From assembly GCF_009914755.1 (NCBI RefSeq), contig NC_060926.1: a DNA stretch of 64,000 nt. One strand, written 5' to 3'. Position 1 is the stretch's first letter, and each line of letters starts with the position of its first letter. Shown piece by piece: positions 13,660 to 26,889 of this stretch. Under the pieces are notes generated by a model, which was not told the DNA's origin, did no database searches, and worked only from the letters and a program-made list of their open reading frames with translations. Both the position numbers and the translations under genes were made by a program. The stretch is from the human T2T-CHM13v2.0 reference genome, Homo sapiens.

Positions 13660-13965
13660 GCAGAGGCAGGGAAAGACCAGCAGAAATGAAAGAGAGAAAG
13701 AGACAGAAAGTCAGAGAGAGAGAGGAAGAGACAGAGAGAAAAAGAGAGAAAGAAAGAGAGAGAAAGACAGGAAGTCAAAGAGAAGGAGACAGAGAGAGGA
13801 AGAGAGAAAAAAAGGCAGAAAGTCAAAGAGAGACAGAGAGAGAGAGAGGAAAAGACAGAGAGACAGAAAGTCAGAGAAAGAGAGAGGAAAGACAGAGAGA
13901 AGGAAAGAGAGAGAAAGAGACAGATAATCGACAGAGAGAGAGAGAGATAGAAGTAGTAAAGAAAA
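13660..13965 (+). repeat. Purine-rich (AG/AGAC) low-complexity tract inside the provirus
   Basis: ~300 nt almost entirely A/G, with recurrent 'gacagaaagtcagaga' units. Confidence 0.9.
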
Positions 13966-14214
13966 AACAGTGCACCTTATTTCTTTAAAAGCCAGGGTAA
14001 ATTTGAAACCTATAATTGATAATTGAAGGTCTTCTCCATAACCCTCTAACACTCCAATACCACCTTGTTATCATTGTAGACACAAATTCTAAGTTAATAT
14101 GGACTGAACGAGGTTTTATTAATAGCAAAGAAAAATTAAAATGCCAAACTTACAAGGTTTTCAACAAAAGTAAAGTTTGCTAAAAGTTAACAGTGTAACA
14201 TGTATTATGCTAAT

Positions 14215-14788
14215 ACCACACATTCTCAAAGGATTTCTCAGACAGTTTGCAAGAAGTAACGAAATCTATGCTTACTCTACAATCCCAAATAGACTCTTTG
14301 GCATCAGTGCCTCTCCAGAACCGTCAAGGCCTAGACCTCTTCACTGCTGAGAAAGGAGGATGATGCACCTTCTTAGGGGAAGAGTGTTCTTTTTACACTA
14401 ACCAGTCAGGGATAGTATGAGATGCTGCCTGGCATTTACAGGAAAAGGCTTCTGAAAACAGACGACGCCTTTCAAACTCTTATACCAACCTCCGGAGTTG
14501 GGCGACATGGCTTCTCCCCTTTCTAGGTCCTGTGACAGCCATCTTGCTATTACTTGCCTTTGGGCCTGTATTTTTAAACTCCTTGTCAAATTTGTTTCCT
14601 CTAGGATCGAGGCCATCAAGCTACAGATGGTCTTACAAATGGAACCCCAAATGAACTCAACTAACAACTTCTACCAAGTACCCCTGGACCAATGGGCTGG
14701 CCCTTTCACTGGCCTAAAGAATTCCCCTCTGGAGGACACTACAACTGCAGGGGCCCTTATTCACCACTATCCAGCAGGAAGTAGCTAA
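14215..14788 (+). pseudogene. env: ERV9 env remnant, TM subunit only
   Basis: Immunosuppressive-domain-like LQNRQGLDLFTAEKGG from 14313, then a stop and a degenerate CX6CC (CTFLGEECS); tail KFVSSRIEAIKLQMVLQMEP. Confidence 0.85.
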
Positions 14789-14844
14789 AGCGGTCATCGC
14801 CCAATTCCCGACAACAGTTGGGGTGTCCTGTTTAGATGGGAGAT

Positions 14845-15401
14845 TGAGAGGTGAAGCCAGTTGGACTTCCTGGGTTGAGTGGGGACTTGCAGAACTTTTA
14901 TGTCTAGCTAGAGGATTGTAAATGCACCAATCAGCACTCTGTAAAAACGCACCAATCAGCACTCTGTGTCTAGCTAAAGGTTTGTAAACACACCAGTCGG
15001 CACTCTGTAAAAATGAACCAATCAGCACTCTGTAAAATGGACCAATCAGCAGGATGTAGGCGGGGCCAAATAAGGGAATAAAAGCTGGCCACCTGAGCCA
15101 GCAGCAGCAACCCACTTGGGTCCCCTTCCACACTGTGGAAACTTCGTTCCTTCACTCTTCACAATAAATCTTGCTGCTGCTCACTCTTTGGGTCTGCACT
15201 ACCTTTATGAGCTGTAACACTCACTGTGAAGGTTTGCGGCTTCACTCCTGAAGTCAGCGAGACCACAAACCCACTGGGAGGAACAAACAACTCTGGATGC
15301 GCCACCTTTAAGAACTGTAACATTCACTGCGAGTGTCCGTGGCTTCATTCTTGAAGTCAGCAAGACCAAGAACCCACCGGAAGGAATACATTCCAGACAC
15401 A
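14845..15401 (+). repeat. 3' LTR (LTR12 family), 557 bp, preceded by polypurine tract 14834-14844
   Basis: TGAGAGGTG...AGACACA, collinear with the 5' LTR; CCAAT at 14927, 14952, 15018 and 15042. Confidence 0.95.
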
Positions 15402-15699
15402 ATAGCACTAATGAGCTAATCATATTATTTTCTACTTATGGTAGTGGGAACTGACATAATATATTTACATATTCAGAATCACAGTTGCTCTTGCAGTATG
15501 AACACAAGATATTTACATTGCATTAAAATATATATTATCACATTTTGTTTGCTAACATTTTATTGACTCTGTTTTTGCACCCATACTCATAGGTGAAATG
15601 TCATGTATATAGAATTTATTTTCCATGCTAATCTTGTCTAAATCAAACATATATTAGCTTTATAAAACAAGGGAATATTTGGCATTCTATTCTCTGCAA

Positions 15700-16240
15700 A
15701 CGTTCAAATTTTTAGAATGGAACAATAGGGACAATAAAGAGTAATAGATTTAGAAATGCATACTTGAAATAAAAGGAATTTATTGAGTTAATGACTTAAG
15801 CCCCCAACACAAGAATACTTTGTAAAGACTAATATTTTAATTCCAAAGAAAACCCAAGAAAGAAATTACCAAGAAATAAGAATATAAACAGATTTCAATA
15901 AACTAGAACTCTAAGAAACAATATTTAAGTGTAATAAAATGAAACACATGTTCTTTGAAAAGTCTCAGTAAATAGATACATCCTAAGAGCATTGAAAATA
16001 TGATAAAAAAAGGAGTGAGACATAAGTAGTCACAGAAATGAACAGTAAAACATAATTATACCTACAATAAAACTGAAGTAATAAGAAAGTTTTCAGGAAG
16101 TTCTGTGAAAATAAATTTGAAAACTGGGTGAAATCCAGAACTTCTTTGACAAAAATATAGCCTTAAACTCATTCAGAAGATTTTGAAAGCACAAATGGTT
16201 CTACCATTATTAAAGACATGGAATCACACAGATATGCCTC
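15700..16240 (+). mobile_element. Ancient L1M ORF2 fragment
   Basis: Degenerate L1 ORF2 text 'ttctttgaaaagtctcagtaaatagatacatcc...aaatttgaaaactgggtgaaat', parallel to 19780-20060. Confidence 0.55.
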
Positions 16241-16745
16241 CACACACAAACATAGAGACAAACACACACACAAAATTTATACAGTTGTTTAAGGTTTATA
16301 CTGCTTATTTTTGTTTCTGCTAATGTTGACATATATTTTGTTTCATTGCATGTTTTAATTTTTGTATTATGAACTTATTATTTTTCACTGGATGTTTTCT
16401 GTGCAAACTAGCTGGAGAGTTTCTTCTTCAGACCAATATTGTATTTGCTTTGTCAGATGCATCAGAGATAAGTCCTAAAGCAATTCTTGTTAGGGTTTCC
16501 TGAACTTTGAGAATGGCATACAGCTGACCTGGAAAACTAGGTGAGGCCAGGTGCCTGTGTAAACATTTTTAGAAAGGACCTCTGTATTTTAAGTTGCAGA
16601 ATCAAATTATAAATAGGCAATAAATATATTAAATGTTCCAATGGGTTGTTTATTTTTTCTAGTTCACCTTTTTACTGAATATATAACCCTTCTATGATCT
16701 TTTTATTGCTGGATTATTCAAGTAATATGAGTTCACTCTTTAAAT

Positions 16746-16952
16746 CAGTAGGGTGCTGGATGAAGCTAGCTCACACTAGCTTGTGTCAGCTGACGGTCCA
16801 CATCTCTCCCCAATTCCTAGTTCATGATATCACATTGGTAGCCTGAAATCAGCCATAGTAATGTTATTGTCACCACAGAAATTAGCAGATGCTAGATATC
16901 AGTACTTTCCTCCTCCCCTAGATACCCTATTATTAAACCAGCAAACAACATC
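16746..16952. mobile_element. MER63-like hAT DNA transposon fossil
   Basis: 'cagtagggtgctgga...atcacattggtagcctgaaatcagccat...accagcaaacaac' resembles the recalled MER63 consensus, with degenerate terminal inverted repeats. Confidence 0.6.
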
Positions 16953-18150
16953 TTCGACCCAATGTGAAGGAAGATCTAAAATTACGAATTTTCCAGGAGA
17001 TATTTTTTCTTACATAGCCTCCAAGATGAAGCAGACAAGTTGCTTTGTTATCACTCCAGGAATGTGAGTGGATCACTCTTGTCCACACTTTCATTTAAGT
17101 TGCAGCCTTGAATTGCCCAGGCTTCATGAAGAAGTTATCACCCGTTGTCTATTGTCAACACAAATCCACATTTCTTCTCCTTGCATAATTATTAAATCCC
17201 AGTCCTCTTGGACATTCCTCTCGAATAACAAGTTACCCTAAGAACAACCAAGTCATCCGTTTCAGCTAATGACTCTGTTTACCAATTTCTTCTTTGATTT
17301 TGACCTTTGGGGATTCATTTTCAAAATTAACTATGTAATTTCAAATTAATATTAATATGTTGCTACTAGCATTTTCCAGGATTTTGATAACAAGAAGGTT
17401 TTCATATTATCTAGTCCACAACATTGCCATAAACAGTAGCTTTCATCCATCTTTAAATTATAAAAGTTTTGATAATATTTTTAAAGTGTGGAAAATAAAA
17501 AGCAATTTAATAAATGAAACTCTACTGTAATTTTTATTTTGAAATTAGGACTCCCATACTTCATTACATGTTAGGTACCCAAAAGCTGTTATGAATTTAT
17601 TTGAGCATTAAAACCACTATGCTGTGCAAATTTGAGATGCATTTATCAGCCTTATTGCTTTTTTGTTTATTAAATTTCACTAGCTAAGCTTCGGAAAGTT
17701 TTGCTTTCACTTTTGCATATGAAACTTCTACAGAGCAAACATGACAGTCATAATATTTTGCAATTACATTTAGTGTTCACTGCAGTATAAGCAAGTTTCC
17801 ACTTCTGGATTCATAATGCTTCACAAAAAGATTGTACCATGATTCATTTCACTCTTTCAATACCGTTGGTTATCTCAGTTGCTTTCAAGTTTTTAATACC
17901 ACAAAAAACTAAACCAAAGCAAACTTATGCATATAAACTCCATATTTGGATCATTTCTTAGAAATTTTTTTAGAAATGATTTTCATATTGATTTATAAAT
18001 ATGATAATGGGAGCCTCTCTGGCTTTTTAGAAGTAGCAAATTACTAGTAGAAATAAAATCACATGTCTTTATCAGTCAAAGTTACTAGGGCTTCCTCTTT
18101 TTTAGTATTTACTTATTTGAAAAAATTTATGCTTTCTAGCTTCATTTTTT

Positions 18151-21100
18151 AATTATTATTATACTTTAAGTTCTGGGATACACATGCAGAACGTGCAGGT
18201 TTGTTACATAGGTATACATGTACCATAGTGGTTTGCTGCCCCCATCAACCAGTCATCTACATTAGGTATTTCTCCTAATACTATCCCTCCCCTAGGTCCC
18301 CACACCCCAACAGGCCCCAGTGTGTGATGTTCCCCACCCTGTGTCCATGTGTTCTCATTGTTCTACTCTCACTTATGAGTGAGAACATGTGGTGTTTGAT
18401 TTTTCTATTCCTGTGTTAGTTTGCTGAGAATGATGGTTTCCAGCTTCATCCACATCTCTGCAAAAAACATGAACTCATTGTTCTTTTATGGCTGCATAGT
18501 ATTCCATAGTGTATATGTGCCACATCTTCTTTATTCAGTCTCTCATTGATGGGCATTTGGGTTGGTTCAAAGTTTTTGGTATTGTGAATAGTGCTGCAAT
18601 AAACATATGTGTGCACATGTCTTTACAGTAGAATGATTTATAATCCTTTGGGAATATACCCAGTAAAGGGATTGCTGTGTCAAATGGTATTTCTGGTTCT
18701 AGATCCCTGAGGAATCACCACACTGTCTTCCACAATGGTTGAACTAATTTACACTCCCACCAGCGATGTAAAAGCCTTCCTATTTCTTCACATCCCCTCC
18801 AGCATCTGTTGTTTCCTGAGTTTTTAATGACCACCATTCTAACTGGCATGAGATGGTATCTTGTTGTGGTTATTATTTGTATGTCTTTGATGACCACTGA
18901 TGATAAGCAGGGGTTGCAATCCCAGTCTCTGATAAAACAGACTTTAACCCAACAAAGGTAAAAAAGACAAAGGCCATTACTTAATGGTAAAGGGATCAAT
19001 GTAACAAGAAGAGCTAACTATCCTAAATACATATGCACCCAATTCAGGACGACCCAGATCCATAAAGTAAGTCCTTAGAGACTACAAAGATACTTAGACT
19101 CCCACACAATAATAGTGGGAGACTTTAACACTCCACTGTCAATATTAGACAGATCAACAAGGCAGAAAATTAACAACGATATTCAGGATTTGAACTCAGC
19201 TCCGGACCAAGCCGACCTAACAGACATCTACAGAACTCTCTACCCCAAATCAACAGAATATACATTTTTCTCAGCACATCACAGCTATTTTAAAACAGCC
19301 CACATAAATTAGAAGTAAAACACTCCTCAGCAAATGCAAAAGAACAGAAATCATAACAAACAGTTTCTCAGACCACAGCGCAATCAATTTAGAACTCAGG
19401 ATTAAGAAACTCACTCAAAACCGCACAACTACATGAAAACTGAACAACCTGCTCCCGAATGACTACTGGGTAAATAACGAAATTAAGGCAGAAATAAATA
19501 CGTTGTTTGAAACTAATGAGAACAAAGACACAACGTACCAGAATCTATGGGACACACCTAAAGCAGTGTTCAGAGGGAAATTTACAGCACTAAATGCCCA
19601 CAGGAGAATGCAGGAAAGATCTAAAATCGACATCCTAACATCACAATTAAAAGAACTAGAGAAGTAAGAGCAAACAAATTCAAGAGTTTGCAGTAGACAA
19701 GAAATAACTAAGATCAGAGCAAAACTGAAAGAGATAGAGACACAAAAAACCCTTCAAAAAAATCAATGAATCCAGGATCTGGTTTTTTGAAAAGATTAAC
19801 AAAATAGGTAGAATGTTAGCCAGACTAATAGAGGAGAAAAGAGAGGAGAATCAAATAGACACAATAAAAATGATAAAGGGGATATCACCACGGATACCAC
19901 AGAAATACAAACTACCATCAAAGAATACTATAAACACCTCTATGCAAATAAACTAGAAAATCTAGAAGAAATGGATAAATTCCTGGAGACATATACCCTC
20001 CCAAGACTAAACCAGGAAGAAGTCGAATCCCTGAATAGACCAATAACAAGTTCTGAAATTGGGGCAGTAATTAATAGCCTACCAACCGAAAAAAAGCCCA
20101 GGACCAAACAAATTCACAGCCGAATTCTACCAGAGGTACAACGAGGAGCTGGTACCATGCCTTCTGAAACTATTCCAGACTATAGAAAAAGAGGGACTCC
20201 TCCCTAACTCATTTTATGAGGCCAGCATCATCCTGACAGTAAAGCCTGGGAGAGACACAAGAAAAACAGAAAATTTCATGCCAATATCCCTGATGAACAT
20301 CAGCGCAAAAATTCTCAATAAAATACTGGCAACCCGAATCCAGCAGCACATCAAAAAGCTTATCCGCCACGATCAAGTCAGCTTCATCCCTGGGATGCAA
20401 GGCTGGTTCAACTTACACAAATCAATAAACATAATCCATCACATAAATAAAACGATGACAAAAACCACACGATTATCTCAATAGATGCAGAAAAGGCTAT
20501 CGATAAAATTCAACACCCCATCATGCTAAAAACTATCAATAAACGAGGTTTTGATGGGACTTATTTCAAAGTAATAAGGGCATTTATTTACGACAAACCC
20601 ACAGCCAATATCATACTGAACAGGCAAAAGCTGGAAGCATTCTTTGAAAACTGGCATAAGACAAGGATGTCCCGTGTCACCACTCCTATTCAACATAGTA
20701 TTGGAAGTTCTGGCCAGGGCAATGAGGCAAGAGAAAGAAATAAAAGATATTCAAATAGGAAGAGAGGAAGTCATATTGTCTTTGTTTTCAGATGACATGA
20801 TTGTATATTTAGTAAACCCCATCGTCTCAGCCCAAAATCTCCATAAGCTGATAAGCAACTTGAGCTAAGTGTCAGGATACAAAATCAATGTGCAAAAATC
20901 ACAAGCATTCCTATACACCAATAATAGACAAAGAAAGAGCCAAATCATGAGTGAAATTCCATTCACAATTGCTACAAAGAAAATAAAATACCTAGGAATA
21001 CAATTTACAGGGGATGTGAAGGACTTTTTCAAGGAGAAATATGAACCACTGATCAAGGAATTAAGATGCAAACAAATGGAAAAACATTCCATGCTCATGG

Positions 21101-21956
21101 ATAAGAAGAATCAATATTGTGAAAATGGCCATACTGCCCAAATTAATTTATAGATTCAATGCCTATCCATCAAGCTACCAATGACTTTCTTCACAGAATT
21201 AGAAAAAACTACTTTAAATTTCATATAGAACCAAAAAAGAGTCTGTATAGCCAAGACAATCCTAAGCAAAAAGAACAAAGCTGGAGGCATCATGCCACCT
21301 GACTTCAAACTATGCTACAAGGCTACAGTAACCAAAACAACATGGTACTGGTACCAAAACAGATATATAGACCAATGGAACAGAACGGAGGCCTCAGAAG
21401 TAATGCCACACATCTACAACCATCTGATATTTGACAAGCCTGACAAAAACAAACAATGGGGAAATGATTCCTTATTTAATAAATGGTGTTGGAAAATTGA
21501 CTAGCCATGTGCAGAAAACTGAAACTGGATCCCTTCCTTATACCTTATACAAAAATTAACTCAAGATGGACTAAACACTTAAACGTAAGACCTAAAACCA
21601 TAAAAACCCTAGAAGAAAACCTAGGCAATACCATTCAGGATGTAGGCATGGGCAAAAACTTCGTAAGTAAAACACCAAAAGCAATGGCAACAAAAGTCAA
21701 AATTGACAAATGGGATCTAAATAAAGGGCTTCTGCACAGCAAAAGAAACTATCATCAGAGTGAAGAGATGACCTACAGAATAGGAGAAGATTTTTGCAAT
21801 CTATCCCTCTGACAAAGGGCTAATATCCAGAACCTACAAGGAACTTAAACAAATTTACAAGAAAAGCACAAACAACCCCCTAAAAACAGTGGGCAAAGTA
21901 TATGAAAAGACACTTCTTAAAAGAACACATTTATGCGACCAACAAACATGAAATAA
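18151..21956 (-). mobile_element. L1PA7/8-like LINE-1, 5'-truncated with a 5' inversion (twin priming)
   Basis: 18151-18908 is the L1 3' end on the minus strand; 18905-21961 is ORF2 (EN through RT) on the plus strand; the breakpoints are contiguous in L1 coordinates; degenerate TSD AGCT(T)C(A)TTTTTT. Confidence 0.92.
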
Positions 21957-23160
21957 AGCTCTTTTTTATTTTTGAAAGAGAAAATTCTATTGAGTCTTTT
22001 ATTGTCAGAGAGTACATAAGATAAACTCCCTTTTATTTTCAAGTCCAACTCTGGTTTATGCTCTCTTGGTAAAAATAAACTCTAACATTTGCAGAAAGCA
22101 TTTTCCCCCATCTCTAGAACAACATGGCAAATGCAAATCGAAGTAATTGAAGCTGAGAGCACAAAAAGAGAGCTTCCTAGGGGAAGATAGCTGTCTGAAA
22201 AAGGATTAAGTTGCCATTTCCTAAGGAGAAGAGTGGAAGAACAGATCATTTTCACCCTAGACGAGAATAAGGGAGATTTCCCCGCCTTTTGATTTTTTAA
22301 AGTTGATGTGTACCAGGTATGAGAGGCATGTTTCAGAAAAAAATGACTTCCATTGAACTATGAGTTCAGAAAAATGTCATTTAAGGCCCTTTAATGGCAT
22401 GGTTTTATAAATACAGAAACTGCAGGGGCCCAATGATTCCATTGTAATTGTAACTTGTTTGATCACATGGTCACAACAGCCCATAATGTCCATCTCTGTG
22501 CCATATAGTACATTCCAACAAGAACAGAAAGTGACTGCAGACTAGAATCAATCCTCCCAAGGACTCTCCCTCAGTCTGGCTAATTCCTTCATTCTTCAGC
22601 TAGCCCCAGATCAGATTTTGTATTTCCATAAAGCTCAGAAGTGACACTGTTCTTTCTGGTCTGAGGACTACACTTTTGATGAACAAGGCTGCCATATTTC
22701 TGTCATTTGACTACTATAGAGATGCTAGTGAACTCCAGAAATTTAAGCTGTGCTGGGACCATTAAAAGAGACCATTAAAATGGGGAGAAAACACTTAATC
22801 TAATTTTTCTTGTATGATTAACATCTGTTATAACTGCAGGTATTAGAGTATGGGTGTTCAAACCAATATCAAAATTTTGTGGAAACAGTCCATCCTACCT
22901 TGAGATTCAGCCTTTTCTATATATCAATATTCCTATTAAATGTTCAGATTACTTAATATGGTATAGAATGGATTGATTATTCATAGGGATTATTTGGATC
23001 ATACTAAATCATCAAATGACAACTGCCTATTCTTATTGCTATGGAAACATTTCAGTTAACTAAATAATTTATTATTGAGTGAGTACTCTTAACACATCAT
23101 GTTAGGTATTACAAAGGCAAACAACATAAACTCTTCAGAGACACAGAACTCATGAACAGT

Positions 23161-23650
23161 CTATCAATTATCTGTTACTGCATAACAAGTCACCTTAATT
23201 CTCAGTGGCTTAAAACAATAAGCATTTATTGTGTTCATAATTTAGAAATAGATCATTTAGACCACACTCAGTTGAGCAATTCTTCTAATTGAAGCTGACT
23301 CCATGAGGATCAGTGGTCAGCCGCAACTTGTTCAAGTTGCTCTGCTTCTGGGGGTTAGCTGGATATCACCTAGAGCAATGAGAACCATTGAACTACGTAT
23401 CTCACCTTCTAAGAGTGCCCTGGCTCATTTACATTATACTTCAACAGTGTGTCAAGAGAGAAAAAGGAAATGCAAAGTCCTCTTGAAGCCTGGACTCAGA
23501 AATGGCCCACATTCTTTAGGCCAAAGCAAGCCAGAAGGCCAGTGCAGATTCAAGTTATGGAGAAAGAGGTTCCACTCATCGATAAGAGGATCTGTGAAGT
23601 TACATGGCGAAGAAGAGAAAAAAAGAATTATTATAGTCATTTTTATAAAC
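23161..23650. mobile_element. MLT1-type MaLR solo LTR, old
   Basis: 'ttactgcataacaagtcaccttaattctcagtggcttaaaacaataagcatttatt' and 'ggccaaagcaagccagaaggccagtgcagattcaag' are MLT1 hallmarks. Confidence 0.7.
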
Positions 23651-26010
23651 AATCTATTATAAATAAATTTTAGACTTTGTTGCAAGCCCTGAAGACTTGC
23701 TAAATCTCTTTGTGGCATATCTCTGAGACATGCAGAAAAGCCTTGTTTAGCCTGCTAAATTGGGTAAACAATTGTCCTTAGAAATTCACTGTGAGAAAGT
23801 TGATGAAACAGCTTATATCTTGAGACTAATATAAACGATTAGCTAGACAAACTTGGATTAACTTTTCTGAATAAAATGTGTGACAACGTGATTATGGGTA
23901 AAAACGAGGATCAGCTGGTTTCCCATCTGCCAAGAAAACATGCCATAAGAATGTATTCAATTTCAATATTAGCTAATTGACTACTGCTATTCAAATTCCC
24001 ATTTGACTAACTCACACAGTGAACTCGATTTTTTTAAAAATTGTTGATTAATGATTCTTACTAATATGCTATTAAATTAGCTACACTTGAGTTACGGATT
24101 GACTATTGGTTATTTATACAACAAAGGAAGGAGGAAGTCGTCTTCAGTTTCTATACTTTAGGAGTGAAAAGCCTGCAAAAATGTATGAAACAAAAAAAAA
24201 TATATGTTTTTGAAGAATACAACAATTCTCGTTAAGCTTTCTAGTGGTAATATTGAATTAGAAGAAACATTTCTGGATTTTGCTATTAACATCTAACTTA
24301 ATTACATAAGCTTATTTGGAATATTTTATGTGGAGGGAGATAAGACTATTCAAAGAGAAATTGCTTAAATATACTTGCAAATGCAGCGTTGTGTAAGTTC
24401 AAACCACATTATTTTCTCTCTTAGGACAGCTGAAGCAAGCATGAAACTAACAGCACAGATTGCCAATTGTTAAAGAAATAAAATTCTTGTAATAGAAAAT
24501 ATGAAAAATACTAAAGAATATATGTGCTTACACAGTGGGCCCAATTAAAACCCTATAATTTGATTTCCCGGGGGTATAAATAAAACACATTGTTCCACTG
24601 AAGTTTACATATTTTGCCCTTGTCTTTTTCTAGACCTTAGAGAGATGATGACCTTTTTTTAACCATATTAAAGATAGTTTCCTAAAATAGGTAGATGTAA
24701 ATTTTTATGTCTGGTTGAAAGGGCACCACTCACAGAGTCTGCATGTCACAGTGGGGCCAGTTGCATATTGGTGCTGAGTCCTTGGCTGAGAGAAGTTACA
24801 GATGTTGGCATCAACACACTGAGCTTACCTACTCTGGAGATGCTATTTATCTTTACAGAGGCCCCTCAAGGGCATGTGTCTGTTAAACGCAGGCCTGATT
24901 CTCCTATGTTTAGATTGCATTCGTCAGTTATTTTCATTTTGTAGCTATTAACCCAACAAATTAATAATTAAACATGTAAGCTTTAAAAGTTACTTGAAAA
25001 GCTTATGTTGATGAATTGTTATATAGTCTATGCTTCTTTCCATCTGTTCTCTTCTTGCTCCTTTGGATGATTTGCAATGGAAAGCCAAGCAGTATGTCTG
25101 AATATATTTTCTCACCGTCTGACCACAATCCTTACCAATCCTGAAAATCGAATGATTCTTTAAGATCCTGAGAAATTTAGAAGTGTTGAATTGAGTTTTA
25201 TGTTGAGATTTGGTATTTGCTCCCCTCACACAATATCATCACCCTCAATTTTCAGAAGTTTTAACTTCTTGGCTAATCTGATACTTTAAAAGCTTGCAGA
25301 ATTATATTCTACTCAGTCATTTTTATTATTTCTTTATATAAAAATATTCCTTTCACAGGGGTGATTGGATCAGCAGAAAGGGATAACTGGCATTATCCCT
25401 TGATAGACTCAATTGAGTAAAAATCAAATCATTCTAATTACAGGGTGCCAATCAACCTTAGAATGCCCTTGAGTTAACATGAGTAAAATACTGACCAAGG
25501 ATACTAAAATGGAACAAGGGCTATCAGATTAAGGCAAGATTTTTTTTTTTTTTTTGCATTCTGTGATTACCTGGCTTGAACATTTAAAATAAAGGACCCA
25601 CTTATTTAATGAAATTACTGAATTCCAAAAGAGTTTTTGTAAACCACATACCTTTTAAACCATTATTATTTTTTAAATTTAGCTGTATTTTAAAACAACA
25701 AAGGAAAAGATGTTGATCTCTGAATGTGATAAGATTATACAAACAAAATGCAGAACATATATTTAAAAAGAAATAATAACACTTTGATAATATGTTGACT
25801 ATAATTCTCAAAAAGATGCTCATATTCACAAGAATAGCTGTGGTAATAATTATGATTCTTAAAAATGAAACAAGACTAAAATACTGAAAACTAACCATTG
25901 TATAAGAGAGGGAACTCTGACTGTTTTATGTATTTTGTTCCCAAAGTAGAGATAGTAATCTTTAAGACTTTAGGGATTTGAGGAAATTTGTTACCAATCT
26001 CAAGCGAATC

Positions 26011-26470
26011 TTTTATTTTGTATAGTTTTGTAGGGTATAAGTGTAACCTTGTTCCATGGATATATTGCATAGTGGTTAAGGTAGTGGTGAAGTCAGAGCT
26101 TTTAATGTATCCATCACCAGAATAACATGCACTGTACCCATTAAGTTATTACTCATCCCCCACCTCCTCTTAATCCCCTTTGAAGTCTCCAGTGTCTATT
26201 ATTCCACGCTTTATGTCCCTGTGCACATGTTATTTAGCTCACAGTTGTGAGAACAAGCAGTATTTGTCTTTCTGTGTTTGAGTTGTTTCACTTAAGATAA
26301 TGACCTCTAATTCTATCCATGTTGTTGCAAAAGACATGATTTCATTGTTATAAAAGGTTGAATAGTATTCCATTGAGTATATATACCACATTTCCTTTAT
26401 CCAGTCATGGTTGATGGACACTTAGTTTGATTCTGTATCTTTGCTATTGTGTATAATGCTGCGATAAACA
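26011..26470 (-). mobile_element. L1PB/L1MA 3'-end fragment
   Basis: Minus-strand translation WIKEMWYIYSMEYYS...IMSFATTWIELEVIILSE is the L1 ORF2 C-terminus, followed by an older-type 3' UTR. Confidence 0.85.
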
Positions 26471-26549
26471 CTTTAGATTGTATATCTATCTAAACAATGA
26501 ACATAGTGAAAAGAGTAAGTGTTTAGGGATCAATAAGACAATTATCATA

Positions 26550-26715
26550 GCCTGTGACTTTAGACAATTAATCTTCCTGAACTTCAATTTCTCTATGTTT
26601 ACAATAGAAAGAATGGTACCTATCTCATGGGGTTACTGTGAGGTTTGGAAAAGATAGCATATGTAAAGCACCCTGAATAGAAGCTGGGGCATAATTAGTA
26701 TTAACTAACTGTTAT
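26550..26715. mobile_element. MIR SINE
   Basis: 'tgtgactttagacaatt...cctgaacttcaatttctctatgtttacaat...tacctatctcatggggttactgtgagg'. Confidence 0.7.
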
Positions 26716-26889
26716 TTTCTCTATGTTTGTGTGCATATATGTGTGTTATACATCATCAGTTTATTCTGTAGGCAACATAAGAGTTCCTGGGGCTGCTGAT
26801 ACTGTTCCAAGTGCCCATATTGTGCCGTTGGTCATTTGAGAACATACACTTTAAAAAATAATATGTATTTTAACCTTCCTTATATAGAT

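Larger units (their letters stand above)
9012..15401 (+). mobile_element. ERV9/HERV9-family provirus (LTR12-type LTRs), internally deleted and non-autonomous
   Basis: Two collinear LTRs with TG...CA ends; TSD ATAG at 9008-9011 and 15402-15405; PBS after the 5' LTR; polypurine tract before the 3' LTR; gag, pro, RNase H and env-TM remnants in retroviral order. Confidence 0.95.

Noticed and set aside
13599-14052. Arg/Glu-rich and Leu/Ser-rich ORFs on both strands
   Set aside because: They are translations of the AG low-complexity tract, which lacks stops by composition
14215-14788. Possible syncytin-like co-opted env
   Set aside because: No signal peptide, SU or fusion peptide; a stop follows the immunosuppressive domain; CX6CC is degenerate and the frame shifts
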